40,270 bases of DNA, from contig NC_068984.1 in assembly GCF_001194135.2 (NCBI RefSeq), positions 20,986,691 to 21,026,960 on the forward strand, in the 5' to 3' direction. The position numbers and the translations under genes were made by a program. Origin of the DNA: Octopus bimaculoides (lineage: Eukaryota). The notes beneath the pieces are model-generated. The model saw nothing but the letters and a program-made list of their open reading frames with translations. It was not told the DNA's origin and did no database searches. Shown piece after piece: positions 21,751 to 34,699 of this stretch. The first letter of the stretch is position 1, and each line of letters starts with the position of its first letter.

Positions 21751-22349
21751 TCAATTTCCTTGACACCGATTCCTTTCATCACGATTTTCCATTCAACACG
21801 TTGCTATATCGTGATCCAGGCATCATTAGTTTGTATGGAAAATGGCGACCTAGCAGATGGAGTTGTAAATGTAATATTTGAAGATATATTTCTTTTGATT
21901 AGAAATAAATCCTTTTGTCGCAGACAACACTTATGAATTACAATAAACCACATTATATTACTAGTACCTTTCTAGACAATGAAGGAGTGTTTACCTAGAC
22001 GCGTTGCTAGCTAAAAGTAGCAGTAAAATCTCCCTCAAGTGATTCTGTGAAGTCTTAAATATAGAATACGTTAGATTATGTACTCATTGATATCATTAAA
22101 TTTCCGAAATACTCTCTGTTTGAAAGGTCTGACATATATGTCTGGTTAATCAGAATAGACTAGGGCTTAACAACAACTGGGATATACTTAATAAATTTCC
22201 CTTATCATAAGCTGCGAAATAAGCATCGTTTAGAGGAGAATATTCTTACTCAGGCACAATAAAACAGAATGCATTTATGTATTTATTCTATTTGAGGTAA
22301 TTTGCATAAATGAAACGAAATTGAAGGAAGAGCTATAACTCGGGGTACC

Positions 22350-23285
22350 CATTGGTATCTATTTGAGCAATCGAAACGAATAAGGTTATATTAACATACA
22401 AGATAAATTCTTGATTTATTGAAATTTTATCAACTTCTATAAAAGGTAGAATAATCGCTTGGTGGCAAAATTGGGACCGTCTTTAAATGAGATGGAGAGC
22501 TAGACTCAAGAATCAAGAATGTTCCAAAACTGAGTGTACCATTAACGAAAAAATTGTCTGGTAGCAAGAGGGCAGCTGTGAACAGGTGCTTCCGCCTCAA
22601 TAGACATCATCAGCATATTAGTTGTCCTATCTTATCACCATTTTGACTACGATAATAAAGGTATATAATCTTGGTACAAAATCACCAATTTGTATTTGAT
22701 ATGTGCATAATCGATTAAATCAAAACCTGCATGTTATTGGTATTCCGTACATTCCGTGTGAAATAAATATTAACTCAGTTAAGATTTGAAAATAGAACAT
22801 AAAATGGATGGATCATATTTATTTCGCGTCAGTTCGTTTTGAATAAAAATCCCACCATGGTCTACATGAATGATAGACATAATCTGTGTTCCAGCCCAGT
22901 GTCTTCGATGCCGTTAGCAGAGTCCCATTTGCTGTAGTATTCAAGCCTGGTCTCTGGTTTGGGGGCACCTTACTCTCTTCCTCTCGTTCTGTTGGAACAA
23001 GAGAGGGCAACTGGTGTGCTGATGGCACTGATTGAGACAGGAACGCTTGTTAATAGTTCTCGTCTCTAGGCAATCAGACTGTTCGTTTAATGACTCACAA
23101 TTTTGGAGAGTTCTTGGTTCTTGAGATCCCCCACTTTGCCATTTGAGGATTGTCCCAATTATTCCACCAAGCAATTATTATACCTGCTCTGGAAGCAGAC
23201 AAATACCTTAATAATTCAAGAATTGATCTTGTATAATATTTAATATACCCTTGTTCGTGTTTGTTGTTCAAATATATATCACTGA
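22350..23285. repeat. Old diverged inverted duplication (arms about 22350-22640 and 22995-23285)
   Basis: For example ATAATCGCTTGGTGGCAAAATTGGGAC versus reverse-strand ATAATTGCTTGGTGGAATAATTGGGAC, and CATCAGCATATTAGTTGTCC versus CATCAGCACACCAGTTGCCC. The arms are colinear. Confidence 0.8.
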
Positions 23286-23452
23286 CCACTCTGAGTGATT
23301 TCCTTCTGCTGGAGAGAAGATTGGGAAATCGTTGTTTCTAAGCAGAAACACATTTACATAGATCTGCTTTTCCAAAGATAATCATTCTGTCTTTTATTTT
23401 AATGGTGTGTAGTTTTAAAGAATTATTAGCTTTCGAAATTATATCTTCTTAG

Positions 23453-23510
23453 CTCTCGAGATTATCTCTTGACTCTCGAGATTATCTCTTGACTCTCGAG
23501 ATTATCTCTT
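23453..23510. repeat. 20-bp tandem repeat, about three copies (CTCTCGAGATTATCTCTTGA)
   Basis: Directly visible, with a degenerate unit at about 23428-23450. Confidence 0.95.
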
Positions 23511-23712
23511 CGTCTCATCTGGAGAAGGAGAGAGCATCTCAATAGTCACCAACCGATTATTCTACTGCCAATAGGAGCAAGCACAATTTCAATAAATCAA
23601 GAATTTATCTTCTATATTAACATACACTTTTTTCATCTTGGCTCTTCAAATACATAATACTGGTCACTCTAGGTTATATGTCCTAGATACTATTAATAAA
23701 TTCCGCGCGCCG

Positions 23713-23757
<45 letters not shown>

Positions 23758-24452
23758 GCGCACATTAAACTTATTGTACAGGAGCTCAGACTGCAACAAA
23801 TACAAAGAACTCTGGGAGTAATTTCAAAATGTATTAAAGCTGAAAAGTTTCAGCATTACAAAGGTTATATATATCTCGAATTTTCAGATTTTAAAGATAG
23901 ACTTAAATTTGTAAAATATTACTTGTGTAAAGTTAATTAAGCGGCGAGGAAATAAGGGTATGTAAGAGTATATAAGGAGAAAGGAAGAGTATAAAGGAGA
24001 AGAAAGTGGAAAAGGAAACGGAGTGATTTATGAAGGATGAATTGGATGGGTCGACAGATNNNNNNNNNNNNNNNNNNNNNNNNNNNNNNNNNNNNNNNNN
24101 NNNNNNNNNNNNNNNNNNNNNNNNNNNNNNNNNNNNNNNNNNNNNNNNNNNNNNNNNNNNNNNNNNNNNNNNNNNNNNNNNNNNNNNNNNNNNNNNNNNN
24201 NNNNNNNNNNNNNNNNNNNNNNNNNNNNNNNNNNNNNNNNNNNNNNNNNNNNNNNNNNNNNNNNNNNNNNNNNNNNNNNNNNNNNNNNNNNNNNNNNNNN
24301 NNNNNNNNNNNNNNNNNNNNNNNNNNNNNNNNNNNNNNNNNNNNNNNNNNNNNNNNNNNNNNNNNNNNNNNNNNNNNNNNNNNNNNNNNNNNNNNNNNNN
24401 NNNNNNNNNNNNNNNNNNNNNNNNNNNNNNNNNNNNNNNNNNNNNNNNNNNN

Positions 24453-24484
<32 letters not shown>

Positions 24485-24489
24485 CAGAT

Positions 24490-24551
24490 ATACGACGGGC
24501 TTCTTTCAGTTTCCGTCTACCAAATCCACTCACAAGGCTTTGGTCGGCCCG
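24490..24551 (-). mobile_element. Family A SINE fragment
   Basis: Reverse complement of the CGGGCCGACCAAAGCCTTGTGAGTGGATTTGGTAGACGGAAACTGAAAGAAGCCCGTCGTA segment. Confidence 0.8.
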
Positions 24552-24963
24552 TGCAACCTGGCTGCTACTTCGAGCTGCATTAACTACCACATAAAAACTC
24601 CATCATTGGCATGCAATTGATCCACTAATTATTATTTTTGCTTAGCATTTGATTAAGTTAACCCATAATGGAAGGTACTCAAGCCATGACCTTCCTGTGT
24701 TTCTGTCTATCCGGGACCACATTTTCCTGAGACTCTTATCATTTATCAAAAACTATTGTCTGTTATTAGACGGATATTTCACTTCTCTTTCTTGCAAAGC
24801 AAGCGACCACACAGAGGTTCCCTAATTGGCACGTAATTGATCCTGTTTATCACTGTTGTGTGTAGGAGTTAATAAATATCTAATTAATTTTGCCTTGTAC
24901 CATTTCTATTTTCTTCTTTTTTCCGATCTCGTATATAAAGCATTACATACTGGATCTGTATAT

Positions 24964-25038
<75 letters not shown>

Positions 25039-25950
25039 NNNNNNNNNNNNNNNNNNNNNNNNNNNNNNNNNNNNNNNNNNNNNNNNNNNNNNNNNNNNNN
25101 NNNNNNNNNNNNNNNNNNNNNNNNNNNNNNNNNNNNNNNNNNNNNNNNNNNNNNNNNNNNNNNNNNNNNNNNNNNNNNNNNNNNNNNNNNNNNNNNNNNN
25201 NNNNNNNNNNNNNNNNNNNNNNNNNNNNNNNNNNNNNNNNNNNNNNNNNNNNNNNNNNNNNNNNNNNNNNNNNNNNNNNNNNNNNNNNNNNNNNNNNNNN
25301 NNNNNNNNNNNNNNNNNNNNNNNNNNNNNNNNNNNNNNNNNNNNNNNNNNNNNNNNNNNNNNNNNNNNNNNNNNNNNNNNNNNNNNNNNNNNNNNNNNNN
25401 NNNNNNNNNNNNNNNNNNNNNNNNNNNNNNNNNNNNNNNNNNNNNNNNNNNNNNNNNNNNNNNNNNNNNNNNNNNNNNNNNNNNNNNNNNNNNNNNNNNN
25501 NNNNNNNNNNNNNNNNNNNNNNNNNNNNNNNNNNNNNNNNNNNNNNNNNNNNNNNNNNNNNNNNNNNNNNNNNNNNNNNNNNNNNNNNNNNNNNNNNNNN
25601 NNNNNNNNNNNNNNNNNNNNNNNNNNNNNNNNNNNNNNNNNNNNNNNNNNNNNNNNNNNNNNNNNNNNNNNNNNNNNNNNNNNNNNNNNNNNNNNNNNNN
25701 NNNNNNNNNNNNNNNNNNNNNNNNNNNNNNNNNNNNNNNNNNNNNNNNNNNNNNNNNNNNNNNNNNNNNNNNNNNNNNNNNNNNNNNNNNNNNNNNNNNN
25801 NNNNNNNNNNNNNNNACACACACACAAACCACACAAACACACACACACACACACGCAAACACACACATACTCATACAGATGTATATAGACATTCTTTCAT
25901 ATAACCTACATATATAAATATTTCACACTTACAAATCCATATTTTGTGCT

Positions 25951-26030
<80 letters not shown>

Positions 26031-26426
26031 CGTATGTGTGAGTGTATGTATGTATGTATAATACGTTCACACACACACTGTAATTGTGGGTATTAATATA
26101 TAAAAATATGTTTAACACAAACGATCGAAAATTCAAATACCGTCGCTAATTCTAATCATATTGGCTCTAATCCTGCTGAAGATAAGATCATAAAAGTTTA
26201 CGAATGTTGGTGATAGACTTGGGGACCTTACTATATCAAACAGCATGGGACTCGAACGAAAAAAAGAGGAAAGCTTGATAAATATAAAACTAGAGCATAA
26301 TCGCATTTGCAAAATGCGTCTGTCTGACTATATGTTTGCCTGTCTTTCTTTTAATGATTCAGCCTATATTCTTACATATGTGCATGTGTCTGTGAGTGAG
26401 TATGTATGTTTTTGTGAGTGTGTATA

Positions 26427-26457
<31 letters not shown>

Positions 26458-26580
26458 NNNNNNNNNNNNNNNNNNNNNNNNNNNNNNNNNNNNNNNNNNN
26501 NNNNNNNNNNNNNNNNNNNNNNNNNNNNNNNNNNNNNNNNNNNNNNNNNNNNNNNNNNNNNNNNNNNNNNNNNNNNNNNN

Positions 26581-26918
26581 ACTGCGGTCATGCTGGAGCA
26601 TCACCTTCAAGGGTTTTAGTCGAACAAATCGACCCCGGGACTTATTTCATAAGCCTAGTACTTATTCTTTCGGACTTTTGAAGAACCACTAAGTTAAGGA
26701 GACGTGAACACACTAACACCGGTTGTCAAGCGGTGATGGGGGGCACAAATACAGACACCAAGACGCGGACACATTGATACACACGCACACATACGACAGG
26801 CTTCTTTCAGTTTCCGTCTACCATATCCACTCACAAGGCTTTTGTCGGCCCGAGGCTGTAGAAGACAGTTACCTAAGGTGTCATGCAGTGGGACTGAACC
26901 TAGATCCACACAGCCACG
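26581..26918 (-). mobile_element. Family A SINE with short internal repeat and intact B box
   Basis: Both halves are present, and the B-box GGTTCAGTCCC lies at about 26890-26900 on the minus strand. Confidence 0.85.
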
Positions 26919-27917
26919 TCTGTGCCATATATGTATATATATGCTTATACATATACTACATATATATATATATAAGATAACTCATATTTAGTACAACGAA
27001 CATTAAAAACAATGGCTAATCGTAAATAATTATATGTCAAGGAAAGATAAAACAAACTCAATGACTAATAATATTTTAATGATTTTGGTTAGTACGGAAG
27101 ACAACTCCAAAATATTTCGGTCGTATTGCGTCGCCTCAGTAACTCATAGATTTCGCCGTACTTGCAGAAGTGGTGATAAGAGAAACATTAAGCATATGTT
27201 TAACATTACACCCTAAAATGCATGAACAATGAGCATATTCTCAGAAACAGTCAGACATATTTACACTTATCAAATGTAGACGTGCTAGGGCGGCCATTTA
27301 GAGCGAAAAGTTTTCAATTCATCGTCTACAGATGCAAGTAAATAGTAAATTGACCAGGACAGGATTAGATCTGTTCAAGAATTTTTTAAGTCTATTGGTC
27401 AGGATATACTAAAAGTAACGGTAGTTTGGCAACATTCCACAATACTTCGGCGTTTGCAAGAAACCAAATACAATATTGTAACTAATGCACACGTGTATTT
27501 GTAACAGATCTGTCTGTCTCTGTCTCTCTCTTTCTCTCTCTCTTCCTCTCTCTCTTCCTCTCTCTCTTTCTATCTCACTTTCTCTCTCTCTCCTTTTCTG
27601 CATACGTCTGTGTGATTCTCTCCCTCCATCTCTTTCCTCGGCGACAATGAAGTGCTACTGTTAAACATGTTAGCTATAAATTAAATTAAAAAGAGAATTG
27701 ATTGTTTTTATCAATTAAAATATCATATGCACTCTTTTGTAAATACGTATGTATGTTTGCACGTAAATATCTGGTTGTTGCTATGTACTAATGTTTATCA
27801 TTCCCCATCTCTTTATGTGCCCATGTGTGAATATTTATGCGTTCTAAAAATACATCATACATTTACAAGCGTATATTACACACACACACACATTTCCGCA
27901 CAGAGGCACATATACAA

Positions 27918-27924
<7 letters not shown>

Positions 27925-27997
<73 letters not shown>

Positions 27998-28060
27998 TTG
28001 CATGCATGTATGCATAAATACATACGTACATATATATCCATGCATATATATATATATCTA

Positions 28061-28104
<44 letters not shown>

Positions 28105-28170
28105 CATGCATACATACATGCATTTCTATAGAGACCCGTTGTATATATGTGTGTGTGTGTGTGTGTGTGT
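27925..28170. repeat. (TA)n, (CATG), (TG)n microsatellites
   Basis: Directly visible. Confidence 0.95.
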
Positions 28171-28378
28171 TTATTTGTGCCTGTGTTTGCCCTCTGCCTG
28201 TTTGAAACCGGTGTTTGTGTGTTTCTGTCCCCGTAACCTAGCGGTTCGGCCAAAGATATCTACAGAATCAGTACCAGGCTTTTAAAAAAAGTACTGGGGT
28301 CGATTCATTCGACTAAAATTCTTTAATGCGGTGTCCCAGCATTGTCGCAGTTTAATGATTGAAACAGGTAAAAGATAC
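28170..28378 (+). mobile_element. Family A SINE 3' half
   Basis: GTCCCCGTAACCTAGCGGTTCGGC..GGGGTCGATTCATTCGAC..GAAACAGGTAAAAGA matches 1770-1920. Confidence 0.8.
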
Positions 28379-28399
28379 ACTGGTTCAATAAAGAATAGT

Positions 28400-29120
28400 G
28401 ATGTGTTAGTCAAAGATAGTGAAGAATCCTATCTCAAACAAACGTTGCTTGAGATTGAAGATGAACTCAGACACTCCCATGAAAAGAAGAGGACAGAAAA
28501 AGAAGACTGTAAGGATAGAAAAAGAAGGCTATAAGAAATGTAAAGACAAACCCTAAAGCCTTCTATAGATTTGCAAAAGTGTCTGCTTCTGTACGGTACA
28601 AGATAGGGCCAATATTCGAAGAAAATAGCTCACTGATTGCAAACCCCAGTGGACAAGTGAAATATTGAATGTTCAATACAAAAATGTTTCCACACCTCTG
28701 TTGTGACACTTGCAAATAATTATGACTGATGAGTTCTTTAGCATCACAGCTTTACACTAGAAGACATAGCGATTATCCATTACATAGAAATAGAAGAAAC
28801 TGAGGAAATGAGCTTAAACTCAGTCACAGGCTCTGATGGAGTCTCAACAATCCTCCCAAAGAAATGCAAAGGAGCTCTAGCAAGACCACTACAGATCCAC
28901 TTCCAAAACTTCTTTCAAAATGGGAAGCTTCCCAGAAAGTCAAAGGAAGGCATAACATGTAGGAGGTAGCAGAGCGGATGTTAAAAATGGTAGGCTTGTT
29001 TCACTAACCTCACATGCCTGCTAAATCATGGAACTCAAACTCAGGAGGAAGTTGATCACATTCCTAGAAGATAATGACTTGTTCCCTTGCAAATGCCTTT
29101 GATAACGTTGATCACAGGAT
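28400..29120 (+). mobile_element. CR1/L2-like LINE ORF2 relic (pre-RT and RT N-terminus, internally deleted)
   Basis: KAIRNVKTNPKAFYRFAK..IGPI..SVTGSDGVSTILPKKCKGALARPLQIHF..GKLP..SLTSH..KIMELKLRRKLITFLEDNDL then jumps to ANAFDNVDH (the KAFDKVDH motif). Confidence 0.8.
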
Positions 29121-29639
29121 ATGTCACAAGCTACAGAGACTTTGCGTTATATTCGTGCTCAGTTCTTCCTAGTTGTTAAATTACAGGGACGTATGTTCAT
29201 GGCTTCGACTATATGTTGAATGGTTTACAACTAGAAAATCTTTTTATGGAACTTAAAGGCAATTAAAGCCAATTTTCACTTGATGTAGAAGTAACTTTTA
29301 GAAGTTATTTTCTTCATATCTAGTAATTTTTGGATATGTAGAATATACTACCTTATTAATCATGATTGTGTTTCTGTATTCATCATATTTCCGGGGGATA
29401 AAATGATAACTTGAGTCTGACTAATCGTACTAGAACAACTAAGTTGAGGAAGTTAAAAATTTCTTCCTGTCCACCGTAAAAAAAACAAAAAAAAACATAA
29501 TAAAATGCAGTTCTGGTGCTTGTGTTAATGTTTGGTGCAAATGGAAACATATATGCTGAAATAACTTGAATCTAGTCTGAAAGCGGACAACAACATGAAT
29601 AGGAATTCGTCCTTCATTAGAAATCGATAGAAAGAAAGA

Positions 29640-30370
29640 CTACAATTCTTCTCCGAGATCAACACCTTTGGTCAGTCCATCTCCACGTGCTGTGTGTATT
29701 GCTGATTCCATCAATTAGAATTCAAAAGTCGAAATGCTAGATACGGTCTGCTCATCTCAATCATCATTCTTCGCCAATGTCTGGAATTCCTATATAAATA
29801 TCTATCTTAGATATCAGAAGATTGGTGCAAAATTATTTTTTTCTTACAAAAGCCGATTCACCGTCATCGCATCAAAGGCAAAACTTATGCCCGAAACTGA
29901 ATGCAAGATGGATTCAACTAAAAGGTGTTCCTTGCCCCAAATTATGAGATATATCAGAAGTTCAGTGATGTTTGGGGGCGAGTTCTCGGCCATAAATACT
30001 GGTTCTCTTGTTCCAGTTGAAAGTAGAATGAACGAGTATAATTATGTCGAGATCTTGGAAAATGTGTTGATGAAAATGTCATTAAATTGACAACTTGTTC
30101 ATGATAGCGTTTAATACTGTTCTGCAATGTCGGTCAAAGATTGGATGAGTGCAAAAATCTCTTTTAAAAAAAAAAGGACTAAATAATGGAATGCAGTCAG
30201 TTGGTCAGTTCATTAAACTGGATTTAAATTGCATATAAAAGTTATAGCGTTTAATTAAGCGTGATGTTCGATATCAAAATCACCAAAATATGCAACATTT
30301 GATTGCAATCACCAATTTGTCTTGGAAGACATTTTAATTGGAAGAATGTATTAAATTAGAAAGGAATATA
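29640..30370 (+). mobile_element. Highly decayed Tc1-type transposase
   Basis: LEFKSRNAR.. and SSVMFGGEFSAINTGSLVPVESRMNEYNYVEILENVL..LVHDS..SVKDW match the Tc1 SVMVWG..LV.V.G.MN...Y..IL..QDN pattern. Confidence 0.7.
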
Positions 30371-30991
30371 CCTTAAAATAAAGAATTATGCTACAAAATA
30401 TTGACTTTTACAATTAATGTATATCATAATAATATACAATAAAATAAAAATGCACTTCTATGTCTGGCAAAATGGGCCGTAATTGTGTTTAAGAGTCGTA
30501 AAAACTGAATTATTTGGATAATTGGTTTGATAGTAGAGATAACAGTGAAGAAATGATTTCCATTTCATTTGCTATAATACAAAATAGCAAACAAAGAGCT
30601 CCGTGCAAAATAATCAGAGTGGTCCATCATGTACTTGTTTGCATTGAGTACGTTTATGTGTTCTTTCTACATTCATATATATATATATATATATAAATTA
30701 ATATAAACAGCCAAGGGCAATGTGATACCATAACGGAAAAATTCAATCGTCACTAAGTGTGACTAAGAATACTCTTAATGATGTAGGAGGAGCGCAGAGT
30801 ACATACACACATACTGTAGGTATCGCAAGTGACGACTGCTCGAACGGCGCATGATCGTCTAATTTCCTATGCCAGCATATATATATATATATATATATAN
30901 NNNNNNNNNNNNNNNNNNNNNNNNNNNNNNNNNNNNNNNNNNNNNNNNNNNNNNNNNNNNNNNNNNNNNNNNNNNNNNNNNNNNTATATAT

Positions 30992-31860
30992 ATGCGAGAG
31001 GGTACCCAAAAGGAACCGGAATTTTGCAATATTATTTTTTCACTTAGTTTTACATATTTACATTTTTTATCGCCTTGAAAGTATTCTCCATTTGAAGCAA
31101 TGCATCGGTCCACGCATGTTTCCCACTATTCTTGCGATATGATGCCTTTTAACCTCTCCGTCGTTTTTTTCTTCACCTCTTCCACATCTGCAAATTCCGT
31201 AGCACCATCTTTCGTCACCAGTGATGACCTTCGAAAAAGAGGTCTGGATCAACTTCCAACTGTTCTTTCAGTTCACGAGACGCATTCAGTTGTGACTGCT
31301 TTTGATCTTCCGTGAGCAAGCGAGATACCAATTTAGCAGCAACTCTTCTCATTTGCAATTCCTCGCTCAAAATTCGTTGGCAGAAGCTCCAAGACACACC
31401 AATCATATCACAAGTCCATTAACTGTTCGGTGACGGTCCTCTAAGATCGGTTCATGAATTTTCATGATGTTTTCATTCGTTCGGGAGATCGACGGACGTC
31501 CTGAACGAGGTTGGTCTTCAATCGACAAGTGACCATTCCTAAAGCGTGGAAACCACTCGTAAACTTGTGTTTTGCTCATGACAGCATCCTTGTAAGCTGT
31601 TTGAAGCATGACAACTATTTCGGCCGCCGTTTTGCCTGGCAGAAAATAGAATTTTACAGAAGCATGCTATTCCTTCGTTTCAGTCATCGCAAAAATCGAC
31701 GCACAGAGTAGAAGCACTGCAAATCAAAGACGCACTACGTGGCAGTACGATTTTACCGAACGACCCCGGTCGGCAGACTGATGCCTAAAGGTCACATGAA
31801 GTGGCTTCTTGTGGTGGAAGGCAGAAGCCTGAACTACAAGGGCTTGTCTCACAGAGAACG
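30992..31860 (-). mobile_element. mariner element, internally deleted, 3' TIR intact, 5' end in gap
   Basis: ATG at 31687: MTETKE*HASVKFYFL..GKTAAE..SKTQVYEWF.RF..DQPRSGRPS..RRVAAKLVSRLLTEDQK..KVITGDERWCYG, then a jump to ADVEEVKKKTT..CIASNGEYFQGD. TIR-like GAGAGGGTACCCAAAAGGAACCGGAAT follows TA at about 30992. Confidence 0.9.
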
Positions 31861-32403
31861 NNNNNNNNNNNNNNNNNNNNNNNNNNNNNNNNNNNNNNNN
31901 NNNNNNNNNNNNNNNNNNNNNNNNNNNNNNNNNNNNNNNNNNNNNNNNNNNNNNNNNNNNNNNNNNNNNNNNNNNNNNNNNNNNNNNNNNNNNNNNNNNN
32001 NNNNNNNNNNNNNNNNNNNNNNNNNNNNNNNNNNNNNNNNNNNNNNNNNNNNNNNNNNNNNNNNNNNNNNNNNNNNNNNNNNNNNNNNNNNNNNNNNNNN
32101 NNNNNNNNNNNNNNNNNNNNNNNNNNNNNNNNNNNNNNNNNNNNNNNNNNNNNNNNNNNNNNNNNNNNNNNNNNNNNNNNNNNNNNNNNNNNNNNNNNNN
32201 NNNNNNNNNNNNNNNNNNNNNNNNNNNNNNNNNNNNNNNNNNNNNNNNNNNNNNNNNNNNNNNNNNNNNNNNNNNNNNNNNNNNNNNNNNNNNNNNNNNN
32301 NNNNNNNNNNNNNNNNNNNNNNNNNNNNNNNNNNNNNNNNNNNNNNNNNNNNNNNNNNNNNNNNNNNNNNNNNNNNNNNNNNNNNNNNNNNNNNNNNNNN
32401 NNA

Positions 32404-32600
32404 TCTTTAGTGAGAATTTACAGAAAAACAAAAGACGAAGACGGGTGGGTAAACAACAAACATGTATTAGTTTAACGCTCGGGAAGTGAGAAAGTCTTTT
32501 ACGTTTCGAGCCTACGCTCTTCAACAGAGAGGAACACAGAAATAAACAGGGAGAGAAAATAAAAAAGGTTTATTGGCTAGCAATCTATCATGGCGAATGC
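32404..32600 (-). mobile_element. pLTR / 3' terminal repeat of the family-2 Penelope-like element
   Basis: Lies downstream, on the same strand, of the GIY-YIG ORF at 33194-33700. Homologous to 18345-18545. Confidence 0.75.
32495..32532 (-). ncRNA. Hammerhead motif with CUGUUGA core (A6U), weak stem I
   Basis: Minus strand cctct CTGTTGA a GAGC-gtag-GCTC GAAAC GT A aaaga. Confidence 0.5.
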
Positions 32601-33193
32601 CTGACAGAGGGGTCACACAGGAGAGCTAGGAAGAAGGAGAGATAATAAGGTCGTGATGATCCCAAAACGAAGGTGCGCGTGCGTGTGTATGTGAGACCGT
32701 GTATGTGCGTGTGGAAGGGGGCTGGTGACAATGACATGTGCATGTATGCATGTGTAGGTGTGTGGATGATGGTGTAGGTGCTGGGAAGTGGTTAGTGCTA
32801 GTGTGTGCAGGGTGGTGTGATGTTGTTTGGTATGGTGGTGTGTGGTGTGGTGGTGTGTGGTGTGGTGGTGTGTGGTGTGGTGGTGTGGTGGTGTGGTGGT
32901 GNNNNNNNNNNNNNNNNNNNNNNNNNNNNNNNNNNNNNNNNNNNNNNNNNNNNNNNNNNNNNNNNNNNNNNNNNNNNNNNNNNNNNNNNNNNNNNNNNNN
33001 NNNNNNNNNNNNNNNNNNNNNNNNNNNNNNNNNNNNNNNNNNNNNNNNNNNNNNNNNNNNNNNNNNNNNNNNNNNNNNNNNNNNNNNNNNNNNNNNNNNN
33101 NNNNNNNNNNNNNNNNNNNNNNNNNNNNNNNNNNNNNNNNNNNNNNNNNNNNNNGAAGTAGGTGTGAGAGGAAGAGAAGAGAGAGGAGGAGGG

Positions 33194-33700
33194 TTAGATG
33201 AAGAGGGGAGGAGTGTTGATCCCATGTGGGGCAAAGGAGCGAAGAGAGAAAATTAATCCCTGCTCATGGCGAAGACGGGAGTCCGGATGGCCCCTGTGCA
33301 AGGACAATCCGAACACAGACAAGTGTTGTAAAGAGTGACCGGTAGAACAGAAATGGCGCGAGACCGATGTGTCGTTGCCGAGTCGGATGTTTCGGAGGTG
33401 TTCCACGAACCGATCAGCCAAGCGGCGTCCCGTTTGACCGATGTATAGAGAAGGACAGAGAGAGAGAGCAGGAAATGCAGTAGATGACGTTGCTAGAAGT
33501 GCAGGTGAACGAGTCAGTAATATGATAGGGTCGATGATGGGTGCCTGTAAGAAAGGTGGTGTTGGAGAGGTAAGGGCAAGTGCGGCATCGTGGGTGGGAT
33601 CAGGGGAACGAGCCGGGCTGGAGGTTGGGTTAGGGAAGAAGCTGAGGTCTCGTAGGTTTTGGGTTCGTTTAAAGGAGTGGGATCTTGGTTTCAAGGGGAT
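33194..33700 (-). mobile_element. Penelope-like element C-terminus: Cys-rich linker and GIY-YIG endonuclease (family 2)
   Basis: FKRTQNLRDL..PRCRTCPYL..FTCTSSNVIYCISCS[frameshift in (TC)n]CPSLYIGQTGRRLADRFVEH..VSRHF..RLRHEQGLIFSL..PHGIN. Confidence 0.92.
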
Positions 33701-34115
33701 TCCAGCTGTTGAAGTTAGTTGTGGCTGTTTTGATTCATACTTTATCTGAAATTCATTCATGTAAGTGATAATGGCACGATGTTATTTGTGATGACGATGG
33801 TGATGATGATGATGGCGGTGGTGGTGATAGTAGCGGTGATAACGGTGATTTTGGTTTTGATGGTCGTGTTGTTGGTAGTGATGGCATTAAATATGTTGAT
33901 ATGTTGATGGGTGGAGAGGAGGACTTTGAATAGACGGAGATGATGACGACGACGACGACAGTGACGTTGGCTAAATTTGTTTGTTTGTTTGAATTTATTA
34001 CATTAAAATAATTAACAGATTGAGTCGTGCAGTTTAATTTTAGAATATCAAGTCTATACATGATTTGGATTATATAGTTAATTATTTAATTATTTAAAGT
34101 GTGTGTATGTGGTTG

Positions 34116-34117
<2 letters not shown>

Positions 34118-34170
<53 letters not shown>

Positions 34171-34225
34171 GTGTGTGTATATGTGTGTATATGTGTGTAT
34201 ATGTGTGTGTATGTGTGTGTGTGTA
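34118..34225. repeat. (TATC)n and (TATGTGTGTA)-type repeats
   Basis: Directly visible. Confidence 0.9.
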
Positions 34226-34699
34226 CGTTTATATATGCATATTGATTGATAAACTGATTGATTGGTTGACTAAATAGAATATACGACATTGATTACCATA
34301 CGTACATTTATTAATATTTAAATGATGAGACCACAAATATATGTTTGGAATAAATTTTACCTAAGTCTTCACATTTTAAGTCGTGTTTACAAAGAGATGG
34401 AGATATAGAGGATGGGTTAGAGTTTGAATTGTGAGAAACGAAGAAAAGGAAGAGCAGACCAAAAGCAGAGTACTAGCGAGTTTTGTATCAAAGATTTGTT
34501 AAGGACAGTAATAGAGATGATGGTACACGATAATTGTATTCAAGTCACAAAAGTTAAACAAATACATGTGACAAATATTACATATGTGAATAAGTACATT
34601 ATAATTTCGGATGAACATGAAAAACTGAATGGACGCGGAATGGGTTTGACCTCACCAACCACATTCCTGCGTTGGACCGTCTACTTCGTCCTTTTTTTT

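Noticed and set aside
21703-21936. Short ORF ending ..ENGDLADGVVNVIFED..
   Set aside because: It starts in a microsatellite, with no recognisable domain or clear splice sites.
23700-23762. Z-DNA-prone (CG)/(CA) tract as a special feature
   Set aside because: Such tracts are ubiquitous in this window and nothing distinguishes this one.
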